Source of the DNA: Candidatus Lambdaproteobacteria bacterium RIFOXYD2_FULL_56_26
GTDB taxonomy: Bacteria; SAR324; XYD2-FULL-50-16
Direction: 5' to 3'
NCBI GenBank assembly: GCA_001783715.1
Contig: MFNF01000001.1
Location: 58,393 to 122,392, forward strand
Length of the DNA stretch: 64,000 nucleotides
Below, piece by piece: positions 27,342-36,941 of this stretch. The translations under genes and the position numbers were made by a program. Every line of letters begins with the position of its first letter. Positions within the stretch are counted from its first letter, which is position 1. The notes beneath the pieces are model-generated. The model had not been told where the DNA came from and did not search any database. It saw only the letters and a program-made list of their open reading frames with translations.

Positions 27342-28147
27342 TGGTCAAAGTGCTGCACCTTTCGGACCTGCACTTTGGGGACGAACTTTTGGGTTGGAGG
27401 TGGCTGGCTGGCCAGGGTGGGCTGTTTTCCAAGGCTTCCCTGGGGCTTTTGAACCACCGGTACGGCGGTGCCCGCAAGTTTGACCCGGTGCAGAGAGAAG
27501 GCCTGCTCCAGACATTGGCAAAGCAGGATTGGGACCTGTTGGTGGTCTCCGGCGACTTGGTCCACCTGGGCACCCAGCCGGAATTCCTCTTGGCCCGTCA
27601 ACTCCTGGAACCTTTGATCCAAAAGGGTCCGGTGCTCCTGAGCGCCGGGAACCATGACCGGTACACCCCTAGGGCCAAGGGTTTGATGGAGGAGATTTTT
27701 GCCGATTGTTTTCCCTTTGACCGCCCTTGGGGATCGCCCTTTGAGGGGCCGGAGGGCTGGCTGTTCCAGGAATTGCCCCTGTCTCGGCCCAGTGGGCTTT
27801 GGGCCAAAGGAAAGTTGCAACCGGATTGGCAGGACTGGCTGGAGGCGCTCAAAGGACAGCCGGACCGGCCCAAGGTCGTTTATGGCCATTACCCGCTCTT
27901 TTATCCCCCAGGGACCCAAGAATCCTTTGGCCACAAGGTTTGGGGGCAAGAGCGACTGGCCCGGAGCCTAACCCAAGCGGGGGTCAAGGCCTACCTGCAC
28001 GGCCACCTGCACCAAACTTGGGCCTTTGAGCCCCCTGGCCAAGGCCTCTGGTCGATCAACGCCGGAGGCAGCCTCACCCAGGGGTACTGGTCTATTTCCC
28101 TAGAGAATCAATCGGTTTTCCCGTCAAGGCAAGCACCGCCTCTTTGA
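27341..28147 (+). CDS. Calcineurin-like metallophosphoesterase
   Basis: SDLH, SGD, GNHD, HYP, HGHLH. Confidence 0.88.
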   Translation: MVKVLHLSDLHFGDELLGWRWLAGQGGLFSKASLGLLNHRYGGARKFDPVQREGLLQTLAKQDWDLLVVSGDLVHLGTQPEFLLARQLLEPLIQKGPVLLSAGNHDRYTPRAKGLMEEIFADCFPFDRPWGSPFEGPEGWLFQELPLSRPSGLWAKGKLQPDWQDWLEALKGQPDRPKVVYGHYPLFYPPGTQESFGHKVWGQERLARSLTQAGVKAYLHGHLHQTWAFEPPGQGLWSINAGGSLTQGYWSISLENQSVFPSRQAPPL

Positions 28148-28646
28148 GTTTGCCGATCATCTCGTTGATCTGGGGCTGGCCCATGGTGCCGTCGTAGCTG
28201 TAAAGCACGGTTTGGTCCGGGCCGATCAAGCTGACCATATAGGTGTCGTCTCCGGCACCCCATGCCTTGACCAGGGTTTTGTTGAGGTCTTTGACGTAGG
28301 TGGTCCGGGGGTGTTCCTTTTGGCTCTCTTCCAGCTTGGAGGCAATCACCGAATTGGGCAGCCAAGTGGCCCCCAGGTTGATGATCGCCACACTGACCAC
28401 TTCAGGCCCCTGGGGCAATGCCCCCAAGGCAACTTCGATTTCCTTGTTGCTCCCCTTTTCGTCCGGGTCCACGTAAAAAAGCAGGACAATTTTGCCCTTG
28501 AGGCTTTCGGACTTCCAAGGCCCGCCGGTCACCAGCCCGCCCGCTTCCCCTTCGAGGGTCAGGGGCGAAAGAGGCTTGCCCACCGGCAAGGCCGCCTGGG
28601 CAAGCAGAGGGAACAACAAGGCTAGAGCAAGGATCGGTGCTTTCAT
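28092..28646 (-). CDS. YtfJ-family exported thioredoxin-fold protein
   Basis: Signal peptide; W.SE.L.GK, FYVDPDE, IINLGATW. Confidence 0.7.
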   Translation of the reverse strand: MKAPILALALLFPLLAQAALPVGKPLSPLTLEGEAGGLVTGGPWKSESLKGKIVLLFYVDPDEKGSNKEIEVALGALPQGPEVVSVAIINLGATWLPNSVIASKLEESQKEHPRTTYVKDLNKTLVKAWGAGDDTYMVSLIGPDQTVLYSYDGTMGQPQINEMIGKLKEAVLALTGKPIDSLGK

Positions 28647-29908
28647 GAAACCTCTTTTTGTCGGATTAGGGCATCTAAAATCTGTTGGTTGCCGTAAGTG
28701 GTCTTGTAACTCAGCCGCACGCCCTCTTCCTCAAAGGATTGGGAGAGGACCTCGGTCAGCTCGAAGTACCGGTTGACCCACTTGGAGAAAGCATAAGGGA
28801 TCAGCACTTCTTGGGAAATGTAATTTTTTGCAAAATGTTCTTTGACCCGTTCCAACAAACCGGCCAAGTCTTCCTTGGAAAAACTCGAAACGGTCAGACA
28901 GCCGGGGTAGCGGCTTTTGAGCCAGACCAGCCTTGAAGGGTCTTCCACCAAGTCGGCCTTGTTGAACACCAACAACTGGGGGACTTGGTCGGCACCGATC
29001 TCCTCCAAGACCTTAAAAGTGGTCTCCAGGTGCTGCTCCAGGTTGGGGTTGGAGGCATCGGCCACATGGAGCAGGAGGTCGGCATCCCGGACCACCGAAA
29101 GGGTGGACCGAAAACTGGCCACCAGCCCGTGGGGAAGGTTTTGGATGAAGCCCACCGTGTCGGTCAAGAGTAGCTCGGGGTGGGAAAAACCGGGCAGTTT
29201 GCGGGTCCGGGACTCCAAGGTGGCAAAAAGTTTGTCCTCCCCCACCTCTTCAAGCTCGGAGACCTGGTGCATCAAGGTGGTTTTCCCGGCATTGGTGTAG
29301 CCGGTCAAGGCCACCTGGAAACAGTTTTGCCGTTGTTTGCCCTGGACCCCACGGTCCTTTTGGGCCTGGGCGAGGATCTTTTCCAGCTTGGTGATCCGGT
29401 TGCGGATCAAGGTTCGGTCGATGTTGATTTGTTTTTCCCCGGTGCCCCTGGAAGCACCGATCCCGCCCTTTTCCCGGTCCAAGTGGGCCCACATGCCTAC
29501 CAACCGGGGCAACATGTACTCCAACTGGGCCACTTCCACCTGGGCTTTGGCCTCCGGGGTCTTGGCGTGGTCAAAAAAGATTTCCAGGATCAGCTGGGTC
29601 CGGTCGAGCACCATCATCTCCAAGGCCCGCTCCAGGTGCTTGCCCTGGTTGGGGCTGAGGTCGTGGTCGAAGATCACCAGATCGATCTTTTGCTCGGCGA
29701 TGATCTGCTTGACCTCCTCCAGCTTCCCCTGGCCCACGAAGGTCCTAGGGTCCGGTGAATCTCTGGACTGCATCTCCTTGGCCACCACCTCGATCTCCAG
29801 GGTGCGGGCCAGGGCTTCCAACTCCAGAAGCGACTGTTCGGCCGACCAGAGGTCTTTGGATTTGAGGTGAACGCTCAAGAGCAGCGCCTTTCGTTTTGGT
29901 TCGTTCAT
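28643..29908 (-). CDS. hflX: GTPase HflX
   Basis: LILEIF, AQLEY.LPRL, GYTNAGKT, LFATL, DTVGFI, NKAD. Confidence 0.96.
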   Translation of the reverse strand: MNEPKRKALLLSVHLKSKDLWSAEQSLLELEALARTLEIEVVAKEMQSRDSPDPRTFVGQGKLEEVKQIIAEQKIDLVIFDHDLSPNQGKHLERALEMMVLDRTQLILEIFFDHAKTPEAKAQVEVAQLEYMLPRLVGMWAHLDREKGGIGASRGTGEKQINIDRTLIRNRITKLEKILAQAQKDRGVQGKQRQNCFQVALTGYTNAGKTTLMHQVSELEEVGEDKLFATLESRTRKLPGFSHPELLLTDTVGFIQNLPHGLVASFRSTLSVVRDADLLLHVADASNPNLEQHLETTFKVLEEIGADQVPQLLVFNKADLVEDPSRLVWLKSRYPGCLTVSSFSKEDLAGLLERVKEHFAKNYISQEVLIPYAFSKWVNRYFELTEVLSQSFEEEGVRLSYKTTYGNQQILDALIRQKEVS

Positions 29909-30831
29909 GTTTGTCCCAGCTGGGACCCCACTTGGAGTTGATGGCCTTGGGCAAAGCCGTAAGCAGTCATAGCCCCTTTGGATTCGGGCATCACCTGGGT
30001 CAAAAGCAAGGCCCCGGTTCCGGCGGCCACCAAGATCCCTTGGGGGGTGATGGACAGAACTTCCCCCGGTTGCCCTTGCCCCTCTGCCGGTTGGAGGCCC
30101 AGGAGCCGGAGCGATTTGCCCAGGGCCTTGGTCAAGACTCCCGGCTCGGGGCTCAAGGCCCGGAAGCGGTTGTGGAGTTCCGGGGCCGGGAGGGCCCAGT
30201 CCAACACCCGGTCTTCCTTGGTAATCATCCGGGTATAGGTGGCCGCACTGTGGTCCTGGGCTTGTGGGGTCAGTTGGTCGAAGTCTTCCAGGGTTTGGGT
30301 CAGGAGTGCCGCCCCCAGGGTGGACAACCTTTGGCCCAACTTGCCTGCATCCTCGAAAGGGTCGATAGGGGTGGTCCAGGTTTGCAACAGGTCCCCGGTA
30401 TCCATGCCCACGTCCATCTTCATGGTGCAGACCCCGGTTTCCTGGTGTCCGAGCCAAAGGCTGAACTGGATCGGTGCCGCCCCGCGGAGCTGGGGCAAAA
30501 GGGAGGCATGGAGGTTGATGCAGGCTTTTTGGGGCAGGTCCAAAAGGGCCTTGGGGAGAATTTTTCCGTAGGCAACCACCACAAAAAAGTCGGCCTTGTG
30601 GGCGGCCAACCGCTCCAACACCTCCGGGGACTTGAGGCTTTCAGGTTGATATACTTCGAGCTGCCGAGACAGCGCCAACTCCTTGACCGGAGGGGCTTGG
30701 AGCTTGTGGCCTCGGCCTTTTTTACGGTCCGGCTGGCAGAGTACCAAGGGGACCTCGTGGCCCGCCTCCAGCAACGCTTCCAGACCGGGACAGGCGAATT
30801 GCGGGGTGCCCATAAACAGGATTTTAGCCAA
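29905..30831 (-). CDS. fmt: Methionyl-tRNA formyltransferase
   Basis: FMGTP.F, QPDR..GRG, VVAYG, NLHASLLP..RGAAPI; TTG start overlaps the upstream stop. Confidence 0.96.
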   Translation of the reverse strand: MAKILFMGTPQFACPGLEALLEAGHEVPLVLCQPDRKKGRGHKLQAPPVKELALSRQLEVYQPESLKSPEVLERLAAHKADFFVVVAYGKILPKALLDLPQKACINLHASLLPQLRGAAPIQFSLWLGHQETGVCTMKMDVGMDTGDLLQTWTTPIDPFEDAGKLGQRLSTLGAALLTQTLEDFDQLTPQAQDHSAATYTRMITKEDRVLDWALPAPELHNRFRALSPEPGVLTKALGKSLRLLGLQPAEGQGQPGEVLSITPQGILVAAGTGALLLTQVMPESKGAMTAYGFAQGHQLQVGSQLGQT

Positions 30832-32335
30832 CCAGGGCTCCCTGGGGTACGCTACCGGCCAAGGCTTGGCCCAGCGAAGGAGGGGCCCAGATCCGGTAGA
30901 TTTCCTCAAAGGGGCTGGGGCCCGGCTCGATCTCCAGCCCGCCGATGTAGGCTTTGTTGACCATGTACTTCAACTCTTCTTTGATCTTGGCCTGAAACCC
31001 GGCCCGCTGGCCTGGGGATTTCTGCAACACAAAAGCGTCCAGCAACCGGCCGCCTTGGCATTCAAACACACCCTTCTTTTGGGCAAATTCCAAAACCCAG
31101 CAACCGGTCAAAAAGGCACTAAGCCCCGGCACCAGCCCGTGGGTTTGGGGGTTTTCCAAAAAGACTTCGGTGGGCACCAAGGCCAGCTCTCGGCCCAGAC
31201 CCAGTTCCAGGACCAAGGGGTCCAACAGCAATTCCCAGGACCCCGGCCCACAAGCTTGGGTCCGTTTGCCCCAAAGGCCAAGCAGTGGGGTTTCTACACT
31301 GCCTTGGGCGGTGGAGCGAACCACCTTGACCTTGGTCAGGGCTTCCAGGACCGAGCCCAACAGGCCCAACTGCCGGTCGCTGACCTGCTGTCCTTTTTTG
31401 AGCTTGCCCAGCCATTCAAAATGGGTGGTCAAACAAAATTCAAACCGCTCCTCGGTCGCCCGGCCCAGCTGGCGCAGTACCGCCAGCAGGTGCTTGGCCC
31501 CCTCGAAGCTGTGTTGCCTTTGGATCTGGTGCTGCAAGGACAAAAGAGTTTGGGTCGGGTCGGCCGGGATCAGCTCGGGCGCTTCGTCCTTCCCGCCGAA
31601 CCGCAGGCTCACTGGCCCGGTTGAAGCCAGCTGTGGCCTCCGTGCCGCCGATTCTAGACCCGATTCCAAGGCCAAAAGCCGGTCCTCGAACAACCGCTCC
31701 AAGACCAGCTGCTCCAGCACCAAAGAGCGGCAGAGTTGGTTTTGGGGCTGCCAAAAGGGGTTGAGCTGTGGGTTGATCTGGTCTTTCCTCCGCCAGACCA
31801 GCCGGGGGAAGTCCTGGCGCAGAAACTCCATCTCCAGCCCTTGGGGGGGGGGTTCCTCGTCCTGGTCCAAAAAGAACAGCGCCACCGTGTCGAGCAGGCG
31901 GTGGAACCCCGAATCTGGGTTGAGCAACAGGGCCTCGCCATACTGGGGGTCCAGTTCTTTGAGCCCGGCCACCAATTGTTCCCTGACCATGGGCCATTTT
32001 TCCTCAACCGAACGGGGCAAGGCCAACAGCCGTAAAACCGTTATCTTGAGGGACTTCAGGGCCGGTTCGGCAAAAAGAAAGTGGCCGATGTCCTTGGTGC
32101 GAAACCACAAGGCGACCTGCCGCCGCTGGTCCTGCCGGTTCTGCCCCTCGCCCCCTTGGGCCTCGAACAGCCGGTTGAGCCGGGCCTCGACCTCCGCCAA
32201 GACCGCTTCCTTTTGCCCCCCTTGGGCCTCATAGACCCCCAAGAGGAACTGCAAGGAAGAGAGCAGGTCGTAGCGGAGCGAATAGCGCTCCGGTGCGCCT
32301 TGGCGGTTGGTACGGATTCCTTGGAACAGCAGCAT
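30824..32335 (-). CDS. Hypothetical protein; C-terminal half may be tandem winged-helix (Rep-like)
   Basis: 503-aa ORF translationally coupled to fmt; no firm family. Confidence 0.65.
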   Translation of the reverse strand: MLLFQGIRTNRQGAPERYSLRYDLLSSLQFLLGVYEAQGGQKEAVLAEVEARLNRLFEAQGGEGQNRQDQRRQVALWFRTKDIGHFLFAEPALKSLKITVLRLLALPRSVEEKWPMVREQLVAGLKELDPQYGEALLLNPDSGFHRLLDTVALFFLDQDEEPPPQGLEMEFLRQDFPRLVWRRKDQINPQLNPFWQPQNQLCRSLVLEQLVLERLFEDRLLALESGLESAARRPQLASTGPVSLRFGGKDEAPELIPADPTQTLLSLQHQIQRQHSFEGAKHLLAVLRQLGRATEERFEFCLTTHFEWLGKLKKGQQVSDRQLGLLGSVLEALTKVKVVRSTAQGSVETPLLGLWGKRTQACGPGSWELLLDPLVLELGLGRELALVPTEVFLENPQTHGLVPGLSAFLTGCWVLEFAQKKGVFECQGGRLLDAFVLQKSPGQRAGFQAKIKEELKYMVNKAYIGGLEIEPGPSPFEEIYRIWAPPSLGQALAGSVPQGALVG

Positions 32336-32474
32336 TGGGGGACCGGGAAAGTTAGGTCCCTAAGATAGGTTGAAATGGGGGGGCAGGTCAAAGGGTTTCC
32401 AAAACCATTGCTTAACCCTTCGGGATTCCAAGGGTTTTTGTTTTGGCTTCTGGGCAACCCTTTGAAACCTAAAA

Positions 32475-33476
32475 CTACCGAACCTGTTCTTGGGCCAGTT
32501 GGACCGAAGAAGCGCCCAGCAGGCTGGTCCGCTTGATTGCTTCGAGCTGTTCGAGCACAAAGGGGATCATGATGGCATCCCGTTGCTCAAATACCGGCTC
32601 TTTTTTCAGGACATGGAGCAACAACATCTGGGTGGCCTGGGTCATCTTGAGGTGGACCTGGTGGTGCAGCTCGCTTTGGCACAAGGGGTTGGGGGTGTTG
32701 TCTTCCAGCCTTGCGGGGAACAAGGAATGCAACCAACCGCTCAAGCCCGCCTCCAGGTTGTCCGAAGGGAGGTAGTCCAAAAAGGCAGTCAGAAAGGCGG
32801 ACATCGCCTTGAGTTCCAAGGCTGCGTTCATCCACATCAGGTGGTGGGCACCAGCTACTTTTTTGGCATTTTTTTCAAACCGTCCGGCGATTTCCAAAAA
32901 GACCCCCATGATCTTGGCAATCTGGGTCCCTGCTTGTTCCACTTGGATCCGTTTGACCGTAAAGGGGTTGTTTTGGGCGGACTGGTTGATCCTCTTGAAC
33001 TCCCAAAACCGTTTGAGTTCGCTCAACATCTTGCCGGGGCCGGTGGTCAGTTTGACCAACAGGTGTTCAATCTCCAGGATCAAGGTGAAGTTTTCGGTTG
33101 GGTTGCCGCCGATTTTTTCGCATGCCGATTCAATGGCCATGCAGCCCTCGCCATCGGCAAAAAAGTCCGGTCCCTGGAATTTTTGGTTTTTGTACTGGAT
33201 CCACCAATGGTAAAATTCCTTGGTGGCGTGGCGCAACAAGGCCGCCTGCCAGGAGAGCACCTCTTGGTTGAGGTCAAAGTCATGGGGGGTTTTTAGGCAA
33301 TTGATCGCTTTGTGTTGCACCAGTTCGTACCCGTCCCGGTGGTGCAGTCTTTCCTCTCCATCGTCTTCATAGGCCAGGGAGTTTTGCAACCGCATAAAGA
33401 GAGCCCCGGCCAAGTATGACTCGGCTCCGGCGGCGATTTCCAGTTCGGTGCGAACGGCTTCTATGTACTGGTGCAT
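32475..33476 (-). CDS. Hypothetical all-alpha protein
   Basis: Long ORF, ATG at 33476 preceded by gagg; divergent from gltX. Confidence 0.65.
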   Translation of the reverse strand: MHQYIEAVRTELEIAAGAESYLAGALFMRLQNSLAYEDDGEERLHHRDGYELVQHKAINCLKTPHDFDLNQEVLSWQAALLRHATKEFYHWWIQYKNQKFQGPDFFADGEGCMAIESACEKIGGNPTENFTLILEIEHLLVKLTTGPGKMLSELKRFWEFKRINQSAQNNPFTVKRIQVEQAGTQIAKIMGVFLEIAGRFEKNAKKVAGAHHLMWMNAALELKAMSAFLTAFLDYLPSDNLEAGLSGWLHSLFPARLEDNTPNPLCQSELHHQVHLKMTQATQMLLLHVLKKEPVFEQRDAIMIPFVLEQLEAIKRTSLLGASSVQLAQEQVR

Positions 33477-33615
33477 GACCTCAGTCCCTCTTTTGTGGCG
33501 CAAAGGAAAAACCCAGGAGGGGGTTTTCTTTTTTGCGGTTTGGCAATAGACTACTCAAAAATTGGTTATTCAAGATTCAGTCCATTCTCAAAATCCCCGG
33601 CATTTTCGGAGTGTC

Positions 33616-35052
33616 ATGGCCCCTCGAGTCCGCTTTGCCCCCAGTCCTACCGGTTATTTGCACGTAGGCGGGTTGCGTACCTGTCTGTTCAATTTTTTGT
33701 TTGCCCGGTCCTGCGGGGGGACGATGATCCTGCGGTTTGAAGACACCGACCAAACCCGCAAGGTGGAGGGAGCCGAAGAAAACCTGTTGTCCTCCCTGGC
33801 TTGGGCAGGGATCACCTTCGATGAAGGGCCGACCCAGGGGGGGGGCTTTGGGCCTTACGTACAAAGCCAACGGTTGCCGGTATATAAAGAACACGTGGAA
33901 ACGTTGCTGTCCCAAGGGGACGCTTACCCTTGTTTTTGTACGGAAGAAGAGCTGACCGCCATGCGGGAAGACCAGATCAAAAAAAAGCGACCCACCCGCT
34001 ACGATGGTCGCTGCCGGAGGCTTTCCGCCGGTGAGGTGCAAGCCAAATTGGCGGCGGGCACCCCGCATGTGGTGCGGATGAAGATTGTCCATTCCCAAGG
34101 GGATTATCAGGTCAACGACCTGATCCGTGGGCCAGTGACCTTTTCGCCCAGCCAGATCGACGACCAAGTGATCTTAAAGACCGACGGCTTCCCGACCTAC
34201 CACCTGGCTTCGGTGGTGGACGACCATTTGATGGAGATCACCCATGTGATTCGAGGGGAGGAATGGCTGCCTTCTACCCCCAAGCACCTCCAGCTGTACC
34301 AGTATTTTGGTTGGACCCCGCCCCAGTTTGCCCATCTGCCCCTCCTGCTGAACCCGGACCGGAGCAAACTTTCCAAACGGCAAGGAGACGTGGCGACCGA
34401 AGAATTCAAGGAAAAGGGGTACCTCAAGGAAGCGCTGGTCAACTTCGTGGCCCTCTTGGGCTGGAACCCCGGGGACGAACGGGAACTTTTTTCCATGGAC
34501 CAGTTGGTCCAAGAATTTAGCTTGGAACGGGTCGGCAAGGCCGGATCGGTCTTTGACTTGGCCAAGCTGGGCTGGATGAACCAACAGCACATCAAGGGGC
34601 TGACGGTCGAAGCACTGATGGAACGGCTCGACCCTTGGATGCCCCTGGAGGCAAAGGCCTTGGACCCGGCTTTGCTTTTGAAAATGGTAACCTTGGTCAA
34701 AGACTCCTTGGTCCAATTGAGCGACATTGGAGAGAAGTTGGGGCTGTTTTTGAACCCCTCGGCCCAGGTCCAGGACCCGGCGTTGGTCGCCTTGATGACC
34801 ACCCCGGAGGCCAAGGCGGTGTTCCGGGCGTTCCTGGAGGAAGCGGCACCTTTGGAGCAGTTGAACGGCCAGAACTTTGGGGAACTGATGAAAGGGGTGG
34901 CCAAAAAGTCGGAGGTCAAGGGCAAAGGCCTTTGGGTCCCCATGCGCTTGGCGATTACCTTGGCCGAACATGGCCCCGAGTTGCCTCTGGTGGCCGAGAT
35001 TTTGGGGAAAGCCACCTGTCTGCGTAGGGTGGAACAGGCGTTGGCGCTGTAA
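33616..35052 (+). CDS. gltX: Glutamate--tRNA ligase
   Basis: RFAPSPTG.LHVGG, EDTD, RGEEW, KLSKR. Confidence 0.97.
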   Translation: MAPRVRFAPSPTGYLHVGGLRTCLFNFLFARSCGGTMILRFEDTDQTRKVEGAEENLLSSLAWAGITFDEGPTQGGGFGPYVQSQRLPVYKEHVETLLSQGDAYPCFCTEEELTAMREDQIKKKRPTRYDGRCRRLSAGEVQAKLAAGTPHVVRMKIVHSQGDYQVNDLIRGPVTFSPSQIDDQVILKTDGFPTYHLASVVDDHLMEITHVIRGEEWLPSTPKHLQLYQYFGWTPPQFAHLPLLLNPDRSKLSKRQGDVATEEFKEKGYLKEALVNFVALLGWNPGDERELFSMDQLVQEFSLERVGKAGSVFDLAKLGWMNQQHIKGLTVEALMERLDPWMPLEAKALDPALLLKMVTLVKDSLVQLSDIGEKLGLFLNPSAQVQDPALVALMTTPEAKAVFRAFLEEAAPLEQLNGQNFGELMKGVAKKSEVKGKGLWVPMRLAITLAEHGPELPLVAEILGKATCLRRVEQALAL

Positions 35053-35083
35053 CGTCCCCTCGCAAAACCACATGGAGCCGAAC

Positions 35084-35578
35084 ATGACCTTGCCTGCCAA
35101 ACGTGCGGAACCGATCAATACCATCGAGATTGTCTTTCCCGAAGACAGCAACCACTTCCAATCCCTCTTTGGCGGCAGGTTGCTGGCCTGGATGGACAAA
35201 GCCAGCTACTACGCCGCCTTCCGTTATGCCGGGTTTCCGGCGGTGACCGCTTCGGTGGAAAGCTTGGACTTCAGTCACAGCCCCAAGGTGGGGGACGTGC
35301 TCGACATCATCGCCCAAGTGATCCACACCGGTCGCAGCTCCATGGTGATCAAGGTGGATGTTTACTGCCAGGATGTTTACCACAAAAAAGAAAAGGTCTT
35401 GGCCAACACCGGTTTTTTTAACTTTGTGGCCCTGGACCATGAAGGCCATCCTCAGCCCATCCCCCCTTTGCTGGTGGAAACCGAGACGGAAAAATCCCTC
35501 TGGGAATTGGGTCTAAAGGTCAAGGAAAGGGCTCGGAACCGTCGGCAAGACACCCCCAGGAAAGGACAAAAAAATTGA
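35084..35578 (+). CDS. Acyl-CoA thioesterase (hotdog fold, YciA-like)
   Basis: VFPEDSN...LFGG.LL.WMD, VTAS, TGRSSM, FVALD. Confidence 0.9.
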   Translation: MTLPAKRAEPINTIEIVFPEDSNHFQSLFGGRLLAWMDKASYYAAFRYAGFPAVTASVESLDFSHSPKVGDVLDIIAQVIHTGRSSMVIKVDVYCQDVYHKKEKVLANTGFFNFVALDHEGHPQPIPPLLVETETEKSLWELGLKVKERARNRRQDTPRKGQKN

Positions 35579-35603
35579 CCTTTGGTGCCAATCCCCTTAA
35601 TCT
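35575..35603 (+). promoter_or_regulatory. Putative sigma70 promoter of the Rrf2 gene
   Basis: TTGACC-17bp-TAATCT. Confidence 0.45.
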
Positions 35604-35626
35604 GATCTTAAATAGAGGTATGGGCG

Positions 35627-36043
35627 ATGTTGTCGATCAGCAGCAAATGTAGGTACGGGATTTTGGCGGTTCTGGCGCTGGGGGAGAACTACGGCGGGGG
35701 CCTTTTGCAGATCAAGGACATAGCTGCAGCCAAAAACATCCCTCGCCAATACCTGGAACAAATCTTCAACCGTCTGGTGAACGCCGGGGTAGTTTCTTCG
35801 GTGCGAGGCAAAAAAGGCGGGTATGTCCTGGCCCAAGACCCGGCGAAGGTCAGCGTGCTGGATCTGGTGGATGTTCTTGAAGGCGGGGTACAGCTCTCGG
35901 GGGATTCCACCAGCGGCCTGGACGCAATCAACGAATTGTTCAAAAAAGCCGAAGAAAAACTCAAACAAGACTTTTCCATCACCTTGGCCGACCTGATTTT
36001 GCGCCAGCAAGCGTTGTTGGAAAACGTGATGTACCACATTTAA
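35627..36043 (+). CDS. Rrf2-family transcriptional regulator (CymR-like, no Fe-S Cys triad)
   Basis: YLEQI, SVRG..GGY.L; lacks the C-terminal three-Cys motif; upstream of the sulfur operon. Confidence 0.88.
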   Translation: MLSISSKCRYGILAVLALGENYGGGLLQIKDIAAAKNIPRQYLEQIFNRLVNAGVVSSVRGKKGGYVLAQDPAKVSVLDLVDVLEGGVQLSGDSTSGLDAINELFKKAEEKLKQDFSITLADLILRQQALLENVMYHI

Positions 36044-36236
36044 GTTTCCCGGTCCGGTCCCCTCCCTTTTGGCTTCCCTGCGTTTCTTTTTAATCCAAAG
36101 TAACTGTTTTTTTTCCGCAATCCATTGCCTTAAAGCTTAGGGACATCCGCTACCCGTCTGGGTCGCCCCTGCTGACAGGAAAAAACTTGTAGCTGGCTGC
36201 TAGAAATGATAGGTTCAGGCAAAAGGAGAAAAACCT

Positions 36237-36596
36237 ATGAAAGTACTGGTAATCGAAGACAATCCCTCCAGCATGTTGGTGGCCAAGTCCATCCTGGAAA
36301 GCCAGGGGCACTTGGTGTTGACCGCCTTTGATGCCAAACTGGGAATGTCGCTGGCCAAGTCGGAGCACCCCAACCTGATCATTATGGACCTGGAGCTACC
36401 CGATGTGGACGGTTTCGAGGCGACCCGGACTCTCAAGGCCGACCAACAGACCGCCCACATCCCGGTGATGGCTCTAACCGCTTGCGCAATGCCTGAAGAC
36501 AAAAAAAAGGCGGTCTTGGCCGGTTGTGATTCCTACCTTTCCAAACCCTTTCGTTTGGAACCCTTCCTGGCCCAGGTCAACGGCTTTGAGCCCTAG
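36237..36596 (+). CDS. Single-domain response regulator (DivK-like)
   Basis: IEDN, MDLELP.VDG, ALTA, AGCD.YLSKP. Confidence 0.92.
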   Translation: MKVLVIEDNPSSMLVAKSILESQGHLVLTAFDAKLGMSLAKSEHPNLIIMDLELPDVDGFEATRTLKADQQTAHIPVMALTACAMPEDKKKAVLAGCDSYLSKPFRLEPFLAQVNGFEP

Positions 36597-36652
36597 GCCC
36601 TAGGCCCTTTTCCACCTCCCATTCCGATTGACAAGGACCCATAAAAAGGGGA

Positions 36653-36681
36653 TTGACAACTTTTGCCCTCTGGTCTATAAC
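36653..36681 (+). promoter_or_regulatory. Sigma70 promoter of the sulfur assimilation operon
   Basis: TTGACA (36653-36658), 17-bp spacer, TATAAC (36676-36681). Confidence 0.7.
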
Positions 36682-36716
36682 ATGACTAACCTGATCAACA
36701 TAACAACAAAGGAAAC

Positions 36717-36923
36717 ATGGAACTGACAGTCAATGGTGAAAAGGTGCAGGTTGCCGATGGCTTAAACTTGAGCGGATTGTTGGCAGCCCAAAAGGTAGAG
36801 AACCCGGACATGGTTTCGGTCCAGGTGAACGGTGAGTTTGTCGAAAAGGACCAATATGGCTCCACCCAACTCCAGCCGGGGCAAGAGGTGGACTTTTTGT
36901 ACTTCATGGGCGGCGGGGCCTGA
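36717..36923 (+). CDS. ThiS-like sulfur carrier protein with C-terminal Ala extension (HcyS-like)
   Basis: Ubiquitin-like fold VNGE...VNGEFV...FMGGGA. Confidence 0.9.
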   Translation: MELTVNGEKVQVADGLNLSGLLAAQKVENPDMVSVQVNGEFVEKDQYGSTQLQPGQEVDFLYFMGGGA

Positions 36924-36941
36924 GGCCCAAGGACACAAACG

